64,000 nucleotides of DNA from the NCBI GenBank assembly GCA_963662285.2, contig CAXXMV010000006.1, forward strand, positions 320,001 through 384,000, read 5' to 3'. The notes below the pieces were generated by a model. The model was given only the letters and a program-made list of their open reading frames with translations. It was not told the origin of the DNA and ran no database searches. The position numbers and the translations under genes were made by a program. Source of the stretch: a bacterium. GTDB taxonomy: Bacteria > Hinthialibacterota > Hinthialibacteria > Hinthialibacterales > Hinthialibacteraceae. Positions 9,790-20,400 of the stretch are shown here, one piece after another; within the stretch, counting starts at the first letter, position 1; every line of letters begins with the position of its first letter.

Positions 9790-10125
9790 ATGTCGAAAAC
9801 CACTGCCCTAATCGATGAGATACGAAATGATTTGCAACGGTTACAAGCGCTGTCCAATGAAATGAAACAGACATACCGTGAACTAGCCGCCACTCTATTA
9901 AGCGCCCGCGCATTGGTTCCAGAAAATCGTTGGGAAGCATGGGTATCAGCCAACCTGGAATTGGACGTATCAGTAGTAGAGTCGGTGATGGAGCGAGATA
10001 TATCAGCGCTGGGAATCAACTCTCTGATGCTGCCATTAACTTTCGAAGAAGTACAGCAAGCGCCAGAAATTCCCAAACCAAACGGAAGCCGGTTGCATAA
10101 TCGGAAAGCGAAGAAAAAGGTTTGA
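9790..10125 (+). CDS. Small DUF3102-like protein
   Basis: GAGG RBS; ELAATLLSARALVPENRWEAWVSANL resembles DUF3102. Confidence 0.5.
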   Translation: MSKTTALIDEIRNDLQRLQALSNEMKQTYRELAATLLSARALVPENRWEAWVSANLELDVSVVESVMERDISALGINSLMLPLTFEEVQQAPEIPKPNGSRLHNRKAKKKV

Positions 10126-10129
10126 TGAT

Positions 10130-10165
10130 GATTTGAATTGAGATTTGAATTGAGATTTGATTTGT
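10130..10165 (+). repeat. Tandem 12-bp repeat GATTTGAATTGA (two exact copies, one degenerate)
   Basis: Read directly at 10130, 10142 and 10154. Confidence 0.8.
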
Positions 10166-10170
10166 GATTG

Positions 10171-10197
10171 ACTCCATGAGATTGTGGAGTTTTTTTT
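10171..10197 (+). terminator. Intrinsic terminator of the recombination operon
   Basis: ACTCCA...TGGAGT hairpin followed by a T tract. Confidence 0.7.
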
Positions 10198-10314
10198 GTT
10201 GAATGATGATACCAATGAATATGAAATCCACTTTTTACCGTCAGTTGCGTGTGTTGCGTCAGGTTTTGCTCTACCATCACGGTCATTACGCAAATCACGA
10301 TGATATTACAATCA

Positions 10315-13300
10315 TTATTTCTTTCTCTCAATAGGCAAACATACTGTGAACGTCGTCCCTTTACCTATATCACTATCAACCGAAATCGTTCCCCCGTGTT
10401 GTTCGATGATTCCATACGAGAGCGATAATCCCAATCCCGTACCGGAACCAACCGGTTTCGTCGTAAAGAATGGGTCGAAGACTTTTGAGAGATTCTCCGA
10501 TGGGATGCCCTTGCCGTCGTCACGGATGTTTACGATAACGTTGTTGGCTTCCTGTGATGTGGTGATCCATACGTTGCCTTCGCTTTCTTCGTTCGCTTCG
10601 ATGGCGTTGCCCAACAGGTTAACAAATACTTGGTTAATCTTCCCCGGCGAACAGGTCACAGAGGGTAAACCAGCGTAGTCTTTGTGAATCGTAATCTGAT
10701 CTTTGTATCGACTGTGAAGAAGAGTTAATGATGAATCAATAGCTTCGTGGATATCGAATGCCGAATAGTAGTCTTCATCACAGCGTGAATAAAGTCTTAA
10801 ATCCGCGACGATCCGGGCGATGCGGTCGGACCCGTCTTCGAACGATTGTATGAGTTTATCGCTGTCCTCATTCGCGTATTCCAAGTCTTCTTCCTCGTAA
10901 ACTGAATCAAATTCGTTCCGCACTTTTTCGGGTAAACTCTCTTTTTGAGCCACAACAGTGTCAACTGCTTTTTTATACCCAAACAGGTAATCCTTGAGAG
11001 GTTGGATATTGCTCTTAATGAAATTGACTGGATTATTGATCTCATGGGCGACACCGGCAACGAGTTGACCGAGCGAAGCCATTTTTTCGGATTGGATTAG
11101 TTTGTTTTGAGTTTGTTTGAGTTGTTCATGGCTGATCCTGAGATCCGAGTAACTCGTCTGTAAGCGAAAGTGACGATTAAGTGTTGATCCGGCGAAGAAG
11201 AATATGAGTAAACTACAGACAATGATGATAACAAAGAAAGTAGGCTCCTTATACCAGGGCGATAACACAGTGAAATCCCACATCGCGGGAGTTTCGTCGA
11301 TGTTCCAATTTCTATCCATTGCCCTAACCTCGAAACGGTGAGAGCCTGGAGAAAGCCCCGGAATCGATACCATGATATCCGAAGTAAATGGTGACCATTG
11401 TTCATCATCAACACGATGCGAATAATAAAGGCGGGTAGATTCCGTGTATTTCCACTTGTCCCTTGCTTCATAAACAAATTGAGTTTGTCCATTGGATGTG
11501 AATTCATTTATGTTATGTTCGTTACGAATTTTTGTTTCAGGAGGATCAGGATCGCTCTCAGGATGATATATACTGATATTTGCTGTTGTTGCAACATATA
11601 TATTTCCAAGTTTGTTCTTATGTACATTCCATACTTTGGAGACTGGAAGCCCATCTTTTTTATTAATTGATGACCACGAGCCTTTGTCGTACCGATGTAG
11701 GCCATTGCCTGAGGCAACCCATATTATTCCTTCGTGATCTCTCATCATAAAACGAACCGTATCCAATCCAGAATGAAATAATTTCCATTTCGCACCAGAA
11801 AACTCGTAGATGCCTCCCCTTGCTCCACACCATATACGACCGTCTCCAAGATCGAGAATTGAAAATGCTCCCAGGCCTGTATAACCGGATTCCGGGCCAA
11901 AAATAGTGCATTTGCCTTCACGATATAATATGGGGCCATATTTATCACTGTGGCCTATCCATACATCACCGTTATCTGTTTGAACGACATCTCTAATCCA
12001 AGGCCAATTTGAAAGTAAATTGTGATTAAAAACAGAATGAAAATTGATCCCGTCAAAAATTTCTAAAGCATTAAGACCACTTTTCTTATCGGTCGTGATA
12101 ATGAACATTGATTTTTCATTGCGAGGGAATATTGCACCTAATTTTTTGGTTGGATGTGTAATAGTGTCAGTAATTTTATTCAGGGGATCGAAACAATACA
12201 AATTTTCTCGCATTGTCCCAATATATATTTTATCAAACATAACTATAAGATTTTTGGGGACAAAAGAATCTGTTGGTGTGACCTCTTCTGAAAAAGGAAA
12301 AATATCTATAGAGGAATCTTTATTTAATTTTATTAGATTTTCAGTATTAGCACAATATGTATTTCCTTTAGAGTCACTGTCAATCATAGTGTATCTAGAT
12401 TTGGCTTGGGGTATTTCTATAGGTGATCTCCATGTAGAAGGCGCATAGCGTGCAAGACCTCCTCCTTTTAATGCGAACCATACAGAATCGTTAGTGGATG
12501 TCTCAAAATCTGGAATCCACCCAGAAATTAATTGCTCGCTCTCTTTGACCTCTTTCCTGAAACCATCTTGAATAATGTTAATTACTTTATTATCAGTGAT
12601 AAACCAAAGACGATCATCGCTATCTAACCATCCGTCAGTTGTATTGTTTGGAACATCGAAATCGAGAATTTCCCATTCATTATCTTGCAATCTCAAAAGG
12701 ACGGAATTTTCAGTCCCCTGAAATACGAATATACCAATTATATTACTATTTAATTCATTAAAGGTTAATTTAGAATTCATGTACTTTAGGTCATGTACAT
12801 AGTCTGGAAAAGGATATTCAGTCCATGACCATTTTGGGTCTGTTTTTTCTTTTAATCTTTCAAGTTTCATTACACCATTTTGTGAACAAATCCATAAACT
12901 CTTATCAAGAAAATTAAATTTACAATAATTAAATCCTTTGAGAACAGTATCTGTCGGTCCAACAACCACATTTTCAGATTTGCTTGTTGCATCAAACTCC
13001 ATTACGAAATTATTGTTTAGATAAATCACTTTGTCGTAGTCAAAAGGGAAATAATTCCAACTATAACCAGACCTAGTTGGTGCCCAATCGGTGACAGGGA
13101 AATGAATCCAATTTTTTAACGAATGATCATAACGTACTAATTCTACTTTTTCTTGATTAACTGAAATAGACCAAATTTGACCAAATTCGTTCTGGAAAAT
13201 TTTTGCATGAGGATAGGGATTTGGAATATTTAAGACTGAATATCCATCCAAGATATTCATGTCGGGAACATCACCGTGATTTACAAACACTTTTCCATCA

Positions 13301-13449
13301 GGTGTTACGGTAACTTTTGCACAATTGGTCTCATCAAAACCATCATCAATTCCCCAATATCTCCAAACACCTGGAGTCTGAGGCCAAACATCCCAAACAA
13401 GAGAGAAACAAGCTATAATAAAGAATAAAGAATATCTTAATTTCATCAT
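10315..13449 (-). CDS. Sensor histidine kinase: periplasmic beta-propellers, Y_Y_Y domain, TM, NtrB-like HisKA/HATPase
   Basis: Signal peptide; IW-type propeller repeats; HRFEVRAMDRNWN; EKMASLGQLVAGVAHEINNP; FFTTKPVGSGTGLGL. Confidence 0.92.
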   Translation of the reverse strand: MMKLRYSLFFIIACFSLVWDVWPQTPGVWRYWGIDDGFDETNCAKVTVTPDGKVFVNHGDVPDMNILDGYSVLNIPNPYPHAKIFQNEFGQIWSISVNQEKVELVRYDHSLKNWIHFPVTDWAPTRSGYSWNYFPFDYDKVIYLNNNFVMEFDATSKSENVVVGPTDTVLKGFNYCKFNFLDKSLWICSQNGVMKLERLKEKTDPKWSWTEYPFPDYVHDLKYMNSKLTFNELNSNIIGIFVFQGTENSVLLRLQDNEWEILDFDVPNNTTDGWLDSDDRLWFITDNKVINIIQDGFRKEVKESEQLISGWIPDFETSTNDSVWFALKGGGLARYAPSTWRSPIEIPQAKSRYTMIDSDSKGNTYCANTENLIKLNKDSSIDIFPFSEEVTPTDSFVPKNLIVMFDKIYIGTMRENLYCFDPLNKITDTITHPTKKLGAIFPRNEKSMFIITTDKKSGLNALEIFDGINFHSVFNHNLLSNWPWIRDVVQTDNGDVWIGHSDKYGPILYREGKCTIFGPESGYTGLGAFSILDLGDGRIWCGARGGIYEFSGAKWKLFHSGLDTVRFMMRDHEGIIWVASGNGLHRYDKGSWSSINKKDGLPVSKVWNVHKNKLGNIYVATTANISIYHPESDPDPPETKIRNEHNINEFTSNGQTQFVYEARDKWKYTESTRLYYSHRVDDEQWSPFTSDIMVSIPGLSPGSHRFEVRAMDRNWNIDETPAMWDFTVLSPWYKEPTFFVIIIVCSLLIFFFAGSTLNRHFRLQTSYSDLRISHEQLKQTQNKLIQSEKMASLGQLVAGVAHEINNPVNFIKSNIQPLKDYLFGYKKAVDTVVAQKESLPEKVRNEFDSVYEEEDLEYANEDSDKLIQSFEDGSDRIARIVADLRLYSRCDEDYYSAFDIHEAIDSSLTLLHSRYKDQITIHKDYAGLPSVTCSPGKINQVFVNLLGNAIEANEESEGNVWITTSQEANNVIVNIRDDGKGIPSENLSKVFDPFFTTKPVGSGTGLGLSLSYGIIEQHGGTISVDSDIGKGTTFTVCLPIERKK

Positions 13450-13680
13450 AGTTTATCCTATTGAATGCGGTCGGTTACTTAATTATTCAAATTTCATATT
13501 ATATCATATACTACTATCATTATTCATTTTTTAACTATCAAGATCGTAATAGAAACTGCGATCCCTCTAATTTTTTGGGAAATCACCATTATCTGTGTTT
13601 ATACGGTTTGATGTCTTTGTAATAATGATGTGTTCCTTTGTTGAATGATAATCGTCTAATCAAGAGTATTGACATCTCGA

Positions 13681-14004
13681 TTAATCTGAAGCCACACGAT
13701 CTTTCATGCTTTTTCCCGCCTTGAATTGCACAATATTTCTCGCTGGAATTGCGGCTTTTTCGCCTGTTAGCGGATTACGGCCTACTCTGGCAGGAGTTTT
13801 CTTGACATTGAATATCCCAAAATTTCGAACCTCGATCCTTCCTTCTTTTGCCAATAAATCAATGAAAACATTGAATGTGCAGTCGACAATTAACATCAGA
13901 TGTTTCCTTTGAGTTTTATGTCTGTACTTTGATAGACGCTCAGAGAGAATATCGATGATGTCTTGTTTTGTCATTTTCTTATTCCATTTACGTGTTGCTT
14001 CCAT
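13681..14004 (-). CDS. IHF/HU-family DNA-binding protein
   Basis: MTKQDII, IEVRNFGIF, RVGRNPLTGE, FKAGKSMK. Start may be 13974. Confidence 0.92.
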   Translation of the reverse strand: MEATRKWNKKMTKQDIIDILSERLSKYRHKTQRKHLMLIVDCTFNVFIDLLAKEGRIEVRNFGIFNVKKTPARVGRNPLTGEKAAIPARNIVQFKAGKSMKDRVASD

Positions 14005-14006
14005 AT

Positions 14007-14372
14007 TCAGTTTGCCCCTAACATCTCTTCCAAGGCTTGGAATATATCTGTTGGAGAATATGGTTTCAGGATAATCAGGTTCGCACCGTTTTTCATCGCT
14101 TCTTCCCTCGTATTTGGTTGAGAGGAAGCCGTGACCAAACCAATAGGGACATGGGGAAATTTTTCTCTTATACGTGGCATCAATTCAATACCGTTAAGGC
14201 CGGGCAATTGATAATCCAACAAGAATATGTCTGAATGTACTGTATCAATCTGTTCGAGCATTACTTCACCATTCGGGTATGAGATAACTTCATATCCTTT
14301 AAACTCAAGCAAATCCTGAAGATTCTCTCGTAATTCTATTTCGTCATCTACGATTATAATAGTCGTCATCAT
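14007..14372 (-). CDS. Single-domain response regulator (receiver only)
   Basis: IIIVDDE, LLDYQLPG, VTAS, LKPY. The ATG overlaps the upstream kinase stop (TAATG). Confidence 0.92.
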   Translation of the reverse strand: MMTTIIIVDDEIELRENLQDLLEFKGYEVISYPNGEVMLEQIDTVHSDIFLLDYQLPGLNGIELMPRIREKFPHVPIGLVTASSQPNTREEAMKNGANLIILKPYSPTDIFQALEEMLGAN

Positions 14373-17300
14373 TATTCCTCCTTGATTGGTAAACACAATG
14401 TAAATGTTGTTCCACGGCCTTGTTCGCTCTTCACCGTCAGCGCTCCACCATGCAACTCAACCAGTTCCTTGGCAATCGACAATCCCAGCCCTGAACCTTT
14501 GGCGAATTTCTGCGAAGCCGAAGTCCGGTAGAAGCGCTCCCAGATTTTGGTGCATTCTTCTGGAGTCATACCAATGCCGGAATCCTTCACTGATAGTGAT
14601 ACAGAATTACCTTCACATGATAAACATACATCGACGGTTCCATTATCGGGAGTATATTTGATAGCATTAGATATCAGTTCACCTACTACCCGCTCGATCT
14701 TGCTGCCGTCAATATGCAGGTTTATCTCTTCCCCAAGATTGGCGTTGAGCGTGATTTGTTTTTGTTCTGCGGCGGGGTGATTTTCGTTGATTATGTTCTC
14801 CACCAAAGCCTTGAAGGGGATATCGCTTTTTTCTAGAACAATTCGACCAGTTTCGATGCGGTTAAGATCAAGTACATCGTTAATAAGGTTTGTAAGCCGG
14901 TCTACGGATGTTGTGGCGCGGGTCATTACTTTCTGCTGCTTTTCGTTTAGAGCGCCTGCGATACCCATCAGCAGGTTATCGAGGCTGCCTTTGATGGCGG
15001 TTAACGGCGTGCGTAGATCATGGGAGGCTTGGGAGACGAATTGGGTTTTCATATGATCGAGTTGGATCAGTTGCGCATTGGCTTCCTGAAGTTCTACGTT
15101 GGAATGGTTCAGTGCTTTATTGGCATGGCGTAAATGAAAATGGCGATTGATAGCAAAAAGAGCAAAACAAAGCGTAATAAAGGTGCTTATGGATATGAGT
15201 AAGATAAAGATCGGCTCTTTGTACCAGGGCAGCAGCACATTGAACGGCCATGACACCGGGGCTGATATGTTCCAATTCAAGTCCATGGCCCGTACATGGA
15301 AGATATGCGCACCATGAGTAATATCGGGGAAAGACGCAACAGTTTTTCTATCGAAAACCGACCACGGTTCATCATCAACGCGATAGGAATATTGCAGGTG
15401 TTCCTGCTTGGTGTATTTCCATTTATCGATAGCCGAAAAGATAAACCGCACATCAATATGGGGAGCAAATTCTTTAATATTATCCGCTTCGGAAACAAAC
15501 ACTTTTGGTTTATCCTGATCTGCTTTGGGATTATAAGCATACAGACCATCGGATGTGGAAATATAGATATTATTCTTTGCATCTTCGATTACATTGAAAA
15601 ATACATTTCCTCTGGGCAATCCATATTCATAATTGGCAAAAACCCATGAATTATCTTTGTAATGAAAAACACCACGGCTTCCAACGACCCAAACACTGCC
15701 ATCTTCAGCCTGGTGCATACTACGTATGGGACATGACTCTAGTAATTTTTTAACAATTCGCCATTTTTCGCCATCATATTCAGCGATATATTTCCTTCCG
15801 CCCGCCCAAATTTTGCCGTTATTCAGTTCTAATAGAGAAAATACTCCATTATCTTCATAGCCATCCTTCACGCCAAAAGTATAAGTTACACCATCGCGAT
15901 ATAAGACTGGCCCGGTCGGTTTAGCATCACCAATCCACAAATCTCCATCTTTAGTGTATATAGCATCCCGGATACCAATGGCGGTTGGGAGGTCTTTCTG
16001 ATTGATAAGGTGAATAAGTTTTTGACCATCAAATAATTCAAAAGAGCTATTACCTGATGCATTATCCCTGGATACAACAATGTTATTTGGAGGATGTTGA
16101 TTCCAAAAAGTTGATAATCCTTTTGATGGATGTTGAAACTCCTCAAATTCTTCAATCGCTTTATTGAAAAGGATTAATTTCCCCTTCGCACTACCGATAA
16201 GTATTCGTTTATCTTTAATCTCAACTAAATCTCTGGATACAGCAATACCGGCTGGTAAAGAATATGATTTCAATTGATTATCATTCCAACAATACAAATG
16301 CTCTGATGTTGTATCGGTAAACCAAAGATTGCCATCTGAATCAATACCCACATTCATGGACGTACCGGGGAATATTTTATCATCAAATTCCGGCTTATCC
16401 CAAAGTGGAGGAGAATAATGAGCCAATCCATGCGTTGTGGTTAAAAAGAATGAATCATCTTCAAGTATTTCTATATCGTGGCAACGTGCACCAAGGATAT
16501 CGTTCCCTTCAATTTTGATTGACTGATTGTTTGTTAAAATTGATATTCCACCTGCTCTATCAATACTCCAAAATCGTTTTCGGCGATCCTCAAAACCATA
16601 TTGAATGCTACTATTCGCTTCATGACCAGAAGGTTCGTCAAAAACCTTAAAGGAATTATCTTTGAATGAAATAAAATAAGACCTATTCTCGGACAGAGAA
16701 TGCGTCCATCCGTATACTTCATTCCCATGGAGTTCGAAAATACGAAAAAAACCAACGTATTTAATTGAATCAGGAAAGAGATTTTCTTGATATTTCCATT
16801 GATCATTTTCTTTTTTAATTTTCAAGAGTCCTTTATCGGCTGTCACCCAAATTCCGCCATCAGAGGATTTACAATAGTTGGGGTAAAACATATTGAATGA
16901 GGTTTTATCAACAGAAACTATGTTTGTTTTCGTATCTGTATCTGCGTCGTACTCGAAGAGTTGTTCATAATTGGCAAGAACAAATCTGTTACGTCCTATA
17001 AATGCAAAATTGTAATATGAACCTTGAAAAGTAATAGAATCCATTTCTGGAATTGGCTTTTTTTCCCATTCCCCGGTCTCTGGGATATATTTCATAAACC
17101 CCCGTTTGGGTGATGCATCGCTTTCGTAATAGTAAGCCCAATATTGTCCATAAGCATCTTGTTGAACAATGTTCATTATTGGCGGCAAAATCATGGAATT
17201 AACACTGTAACCATCAATAATGCTAACAGCTCTTGCATCTGCATGGTTGACGATAATATTACCATTCGGGCTTAACTTCACCCGCCTGCCATAAGATTCT

Positions 17301-17416
17301 TCAAAACCATCTATGGTCGACCAATAGCGCCATACGGGCGGACTTTGCGCCCAAGATAAAGAATGAAATGTAACTAGAATGAGAATACTCACAATGAATC
17401 TTCGAGCAATTTTCAT
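14372..17416 (-). CDS. Sensor histidine kinase (beta-propeller/Y_Y_Y sensor), array member D
   Basis: Signal peptide, propeller repeats, RAMDLNWN, TM, ASHDLRTPL H-box, KGSGLGL. Confidence 0.93.
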   Translation of the reverse strand: MKIARRFIVSILILVTFHSLSWAQSPPVWRYWSTIDGFEESYGRRVKLSPNGNIIVNHADARAVSIIDGYSVNSMILPPIMNIVQQDAYGQYWAYYYESDASPKRGFMKYIPETGEWEKKPIPEMDSITFQGSYYNFAFIGRNRFVLANYEQLFEYDADTDTKTNIVSVDKTSFNMFYPNYCKSSDGGIWVTADKGLLKIKKENDQWKYQENLFPDSIKYVGFFRIFELHGNEVYGWTHSLSENRSYFISFKDNSFKVFDEPSGHEANSSIQYGFEDRRKRFWSIDRAGGISILTNNQSIKIEGNDILGARCHDIEILEDDSFFLTTTHGLAHYSPPLWDKPEFDDKIFPGTSMNVGIDSDGNLWFTDTTSEHLYCWNDNQLKSYSLPAGIAVSRDLVEIKDKRILIGSAKGKLILFNKAIEEFEEFQHPSKGLSTFWNQHPPNNIVVSRDNASGNSSFELFDGQKLIHLINQKDLPTAIGIRDAIYTKDGDLWIGDAKPTGPVLYRDGVTYTFGVKDGYEDNGVFSLLELNNGKIWAGGRKYIAEYDGEKWRIVKKLLESCPIRSMHQAEDGSVWVVGSRGVFHYKDNSWVFANYEYGLPRGNVFFNVIEDAKNNIYISTSDGLYAYNPKADQDKPKVFVSEADNIKEFAPHIDVRFIFSAIDKWKYTKQEHLQYSYRVDDEPWSVFDRKTVASFPDITHGAHIFHVRAMDLNWNISAPVSWPFNVLLPWYKEPIFILLISISTFITLCFALFAINRHFHLRHANKALNHSNVELQEANAQLIQLDHMKTQFVSQASHDLRTPLTAIKGSLDNLLMGIAGALNEKQQKVMTRATTSVDRLTNLINDVLDLNRIETGRIVLEKSDIPFKALVENIINENHPAAEQKQITLNANLGEEINLHIDGSKIERVVGELISNAIKYTPDNGTVDVCLSCEGNSVSLSVKDSGIGMTPEECTKIWERFYRTSASQKFAKGSGLGLSIAKELVELHGGALTVKSEQGRGTTFTLCLPIKEE

Positions 17417-20400
17417 CTGTTTTGCCTCCCCATAGATAATTTCATTTGAAATTTTGTTCCTTCGTCTTGTTTGCTGGCAACCTCAAGAGTTCCTTCATGC
17501 AATTCAACAAGTTCCTTGGCAATCGAAAGCCCCAGCCCAGAACCTTTGGCAAATTTCTGTGAAGCCGAAGTCCGGTAGAACCGCTCCCAAATTTTAGCGC
17601 ATTCTTCCTTCGTCATACCAATACCGGAGTCCTGCACTGATAGAGATACCATATCACCTTCACATGACAAACCAACTTCAACCATCCCATTATCCGGCGT
17701 GTATTTAATGGCGTTGCTGATCAGTTCCCCCACCACCCGCTCAATCTTGCCGCCATCAATATAAAGGTTTATCTCTTCGCCAAGTTTTGCGTTAAGCGTG
17801 ATCTGCTTCAACTCAGCGGCGGGTTGGTTTTCATTAATAATATTCTCCACTAATGTCTTAAAAGGAATATCGCTTTTCTCCAAAACAATCCGACCAGTTT
17901 CGATACGGTTGAGGTCTAGCACGTCGTTGATCAAATTGGTCAGGCGGTCAACAGAAGTTGTAGCGCGGGTCATGATCTTGGCCTGTTTCTCTGATAGCGC
18001 GCCTGCGATGCCCATCAGTAGGTTATCTAGGCTGCCTTTGATGGCGGTTAGGGGAGTACGTAAATCATGGGAAGCCTGGGAGACGAATTGGGTTTTCATC
18101 TTGTCCAGTTCACGAAGTTGTTCGTTGGCTTCGTGCAGGCTGGTGTTGGCGTCATTGAGGTATTCGTTAGTGGCTTGTAGTTCGTCATTGGTTTCAATAA
18201 GCTGTTCGTCTTTGCGTTGAATATCTTTCAAACTTTGAGCCAGCCGGAAGTGCCGGTTAGCCGCATAGCTGGCAAAGAACAGGATCAACATCGTTCCAAA
18301 CAACACCTGTTGGATAAATCTCGGCTCTTTATACCAAGGCAGAAGAACGGAAAACTCCCACTGCTGCGGCTCCGATTCGTTCCAGTTCATGTCCATCGCT
18401 TTGATTTCAAAGCGGTGATTCCCGGCGGGCAATCCGCTCCGGGATGCGATCGTACCAGTAGTGAAAGGAGACCATTCTTCTTCATCAAGCCGTTGTGAAA
18501 AAAGTAAGCGTTCACTGCGCGTATATTTCCACTTATCCATCCCGCCAAACACAAATTGCGCGTTGCCTCCTGGAGCAACGACTTGACTGTTGAGTTCTGG
18601 GTTGATTTGAGCGATAGGCGGATCCTGGTCCGTATCCGGATTATAGACGCTGATTCCCATGCTGGTTCCCGTCCAGATCCGCCCCTGGCTGTCTTCAAAC
18701 ACCTTCAATATACTTGATGAAGGAAGTCCATCCTCTCCCGTATAATGCACCCAGGAATTCTTTACCGGATCGAAGCAATGCACACCGCTCCCTGTCGCCG
18801 CCCAAATGCGGCCTTTTTTATCAATAATCATTGTACGGACAGCATCAACACCAGTACGAACACTACGCCACGCTATCCCATCGAATTCGCATATCTCATC
18901 CCGTCCCCCGCACCATATTCGTCCATCGCCCAAATCTAAAATAGAAAACGAACCGGTTCCCGGAAAACCGTCCTCTTCCCGGAACAACCGTAATTTTCCA
19001 TTCCGGTATAAAACAGGACCATGTATGTTTTGATGGGCAATCCAGATGTCCCCGTTTTTCGTTTGAAAGATCATTCGGGGATTGCCCCAACCCAATTTAC
19101 TGTACTCTTGGATAATATGGTGAGGAATAATGATTTGATACCGTTGCCCATCGTATTCTTGCAGTGAAAAAGTCCCGGTTTGATTATCAACAAAAGTGAT
19201 CACTGCTTTTCCTCCACTCCATGGATATACAATAAAAGGTTTTAGATGAGAGGGAGATTCGGCTTGCTTAAATTCACCGGTTTCCGGATTAAAAGCCATT
19301 ACACCAATGGGATTCAATCGTATCAATATATTCTCTTCATCAAGACAAGCAAGAAAATCTGTATTATAAATTTCAAAAGAACTATTTTCAGGAAATATGT
19401 GATTGGACCAATTTCCATTTTTAAATGAATAAATTGACTGATTCGTACAAAAGAGAAGTGATCCTGCGGGCGTTTCAGCAATACGGGAAATAGGTTCATT
19501 GATTTCTGGCATCCCTACAGGCGCTATCCATGCAGGGGATGAATAGCGAAGAAGACCTTGCCCAGACGAAATAAAAAAAATCCCGTTGCTTTCATATGCC
19601 ATATTCTTGGCATCATACATTTTAATTCCATGCTGTTCCGGATTGGACGCATCAATTCTATGGAGATAGAGTTTGTCTTTGAGTGCCCATATACAGTTGT
19701 TAAAATCACGAAAACCAGCAATAACAGGTAATTGTTTGTCAGAATGGATGACTGTCCACGATTTCCCGTCAAATTGAACGAGCACATCTTTCTCGTGAAT
19801 TGCAGAATAACTGCTCCCGAAAAGAACGCCATCTTCACGCTCAATTAGATTCTGTATACCTTGCAAATGAGAGTCTTCTGGAAATACATATTCTTTGTGT
19901 TCCCATATAAGTTCCCCATTATTGTCCTGATAGGACAACTTGAGAACACCTCGTTCACCGCAAACCCAGGCTCCTCCGTCTCTTGCCGTTATGATTTCTC
20001 CCAACGTACATTGTGGTGTATCACGGAATATGAGACTATGAAACGTTGAAAGTTTCGTATCCGTTGCGCTAAGGATTTCCGAGATAACGCCGTTTTTCCA
20101 GTTGAACATCTTAATGCAGTCATGAACTGAAAATAATACAGCATTCTCAACAATGGGAGCGATCGGGCAATTCAGGATATCCCAGCTTTGAACTACCGTA
20201 CGAAAATCGGGAATATTATAATGAATCCATTTTTGTGACGTTTCATCAAACCGTCGAAAACCGGTTAATCCATCGCCACAAAAATTTTTGGTTTCATCAT
20301 GGCCAAAACCAAATGTCCACAATTCTCTTGTTGGCCCCTCAAAAACGGCATTGTAAGGTCCTGGAAAGGGAATCTCTTCATAATGATATCCATATCCATC

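Noticed and set aside
9744-10331. 195-aa minus-strand ORF
   Set aside because: Shadow of 9790-10125 and the repeat/terminator region; its SNLNSNLN stretch is the 12-bp repeat read backwards
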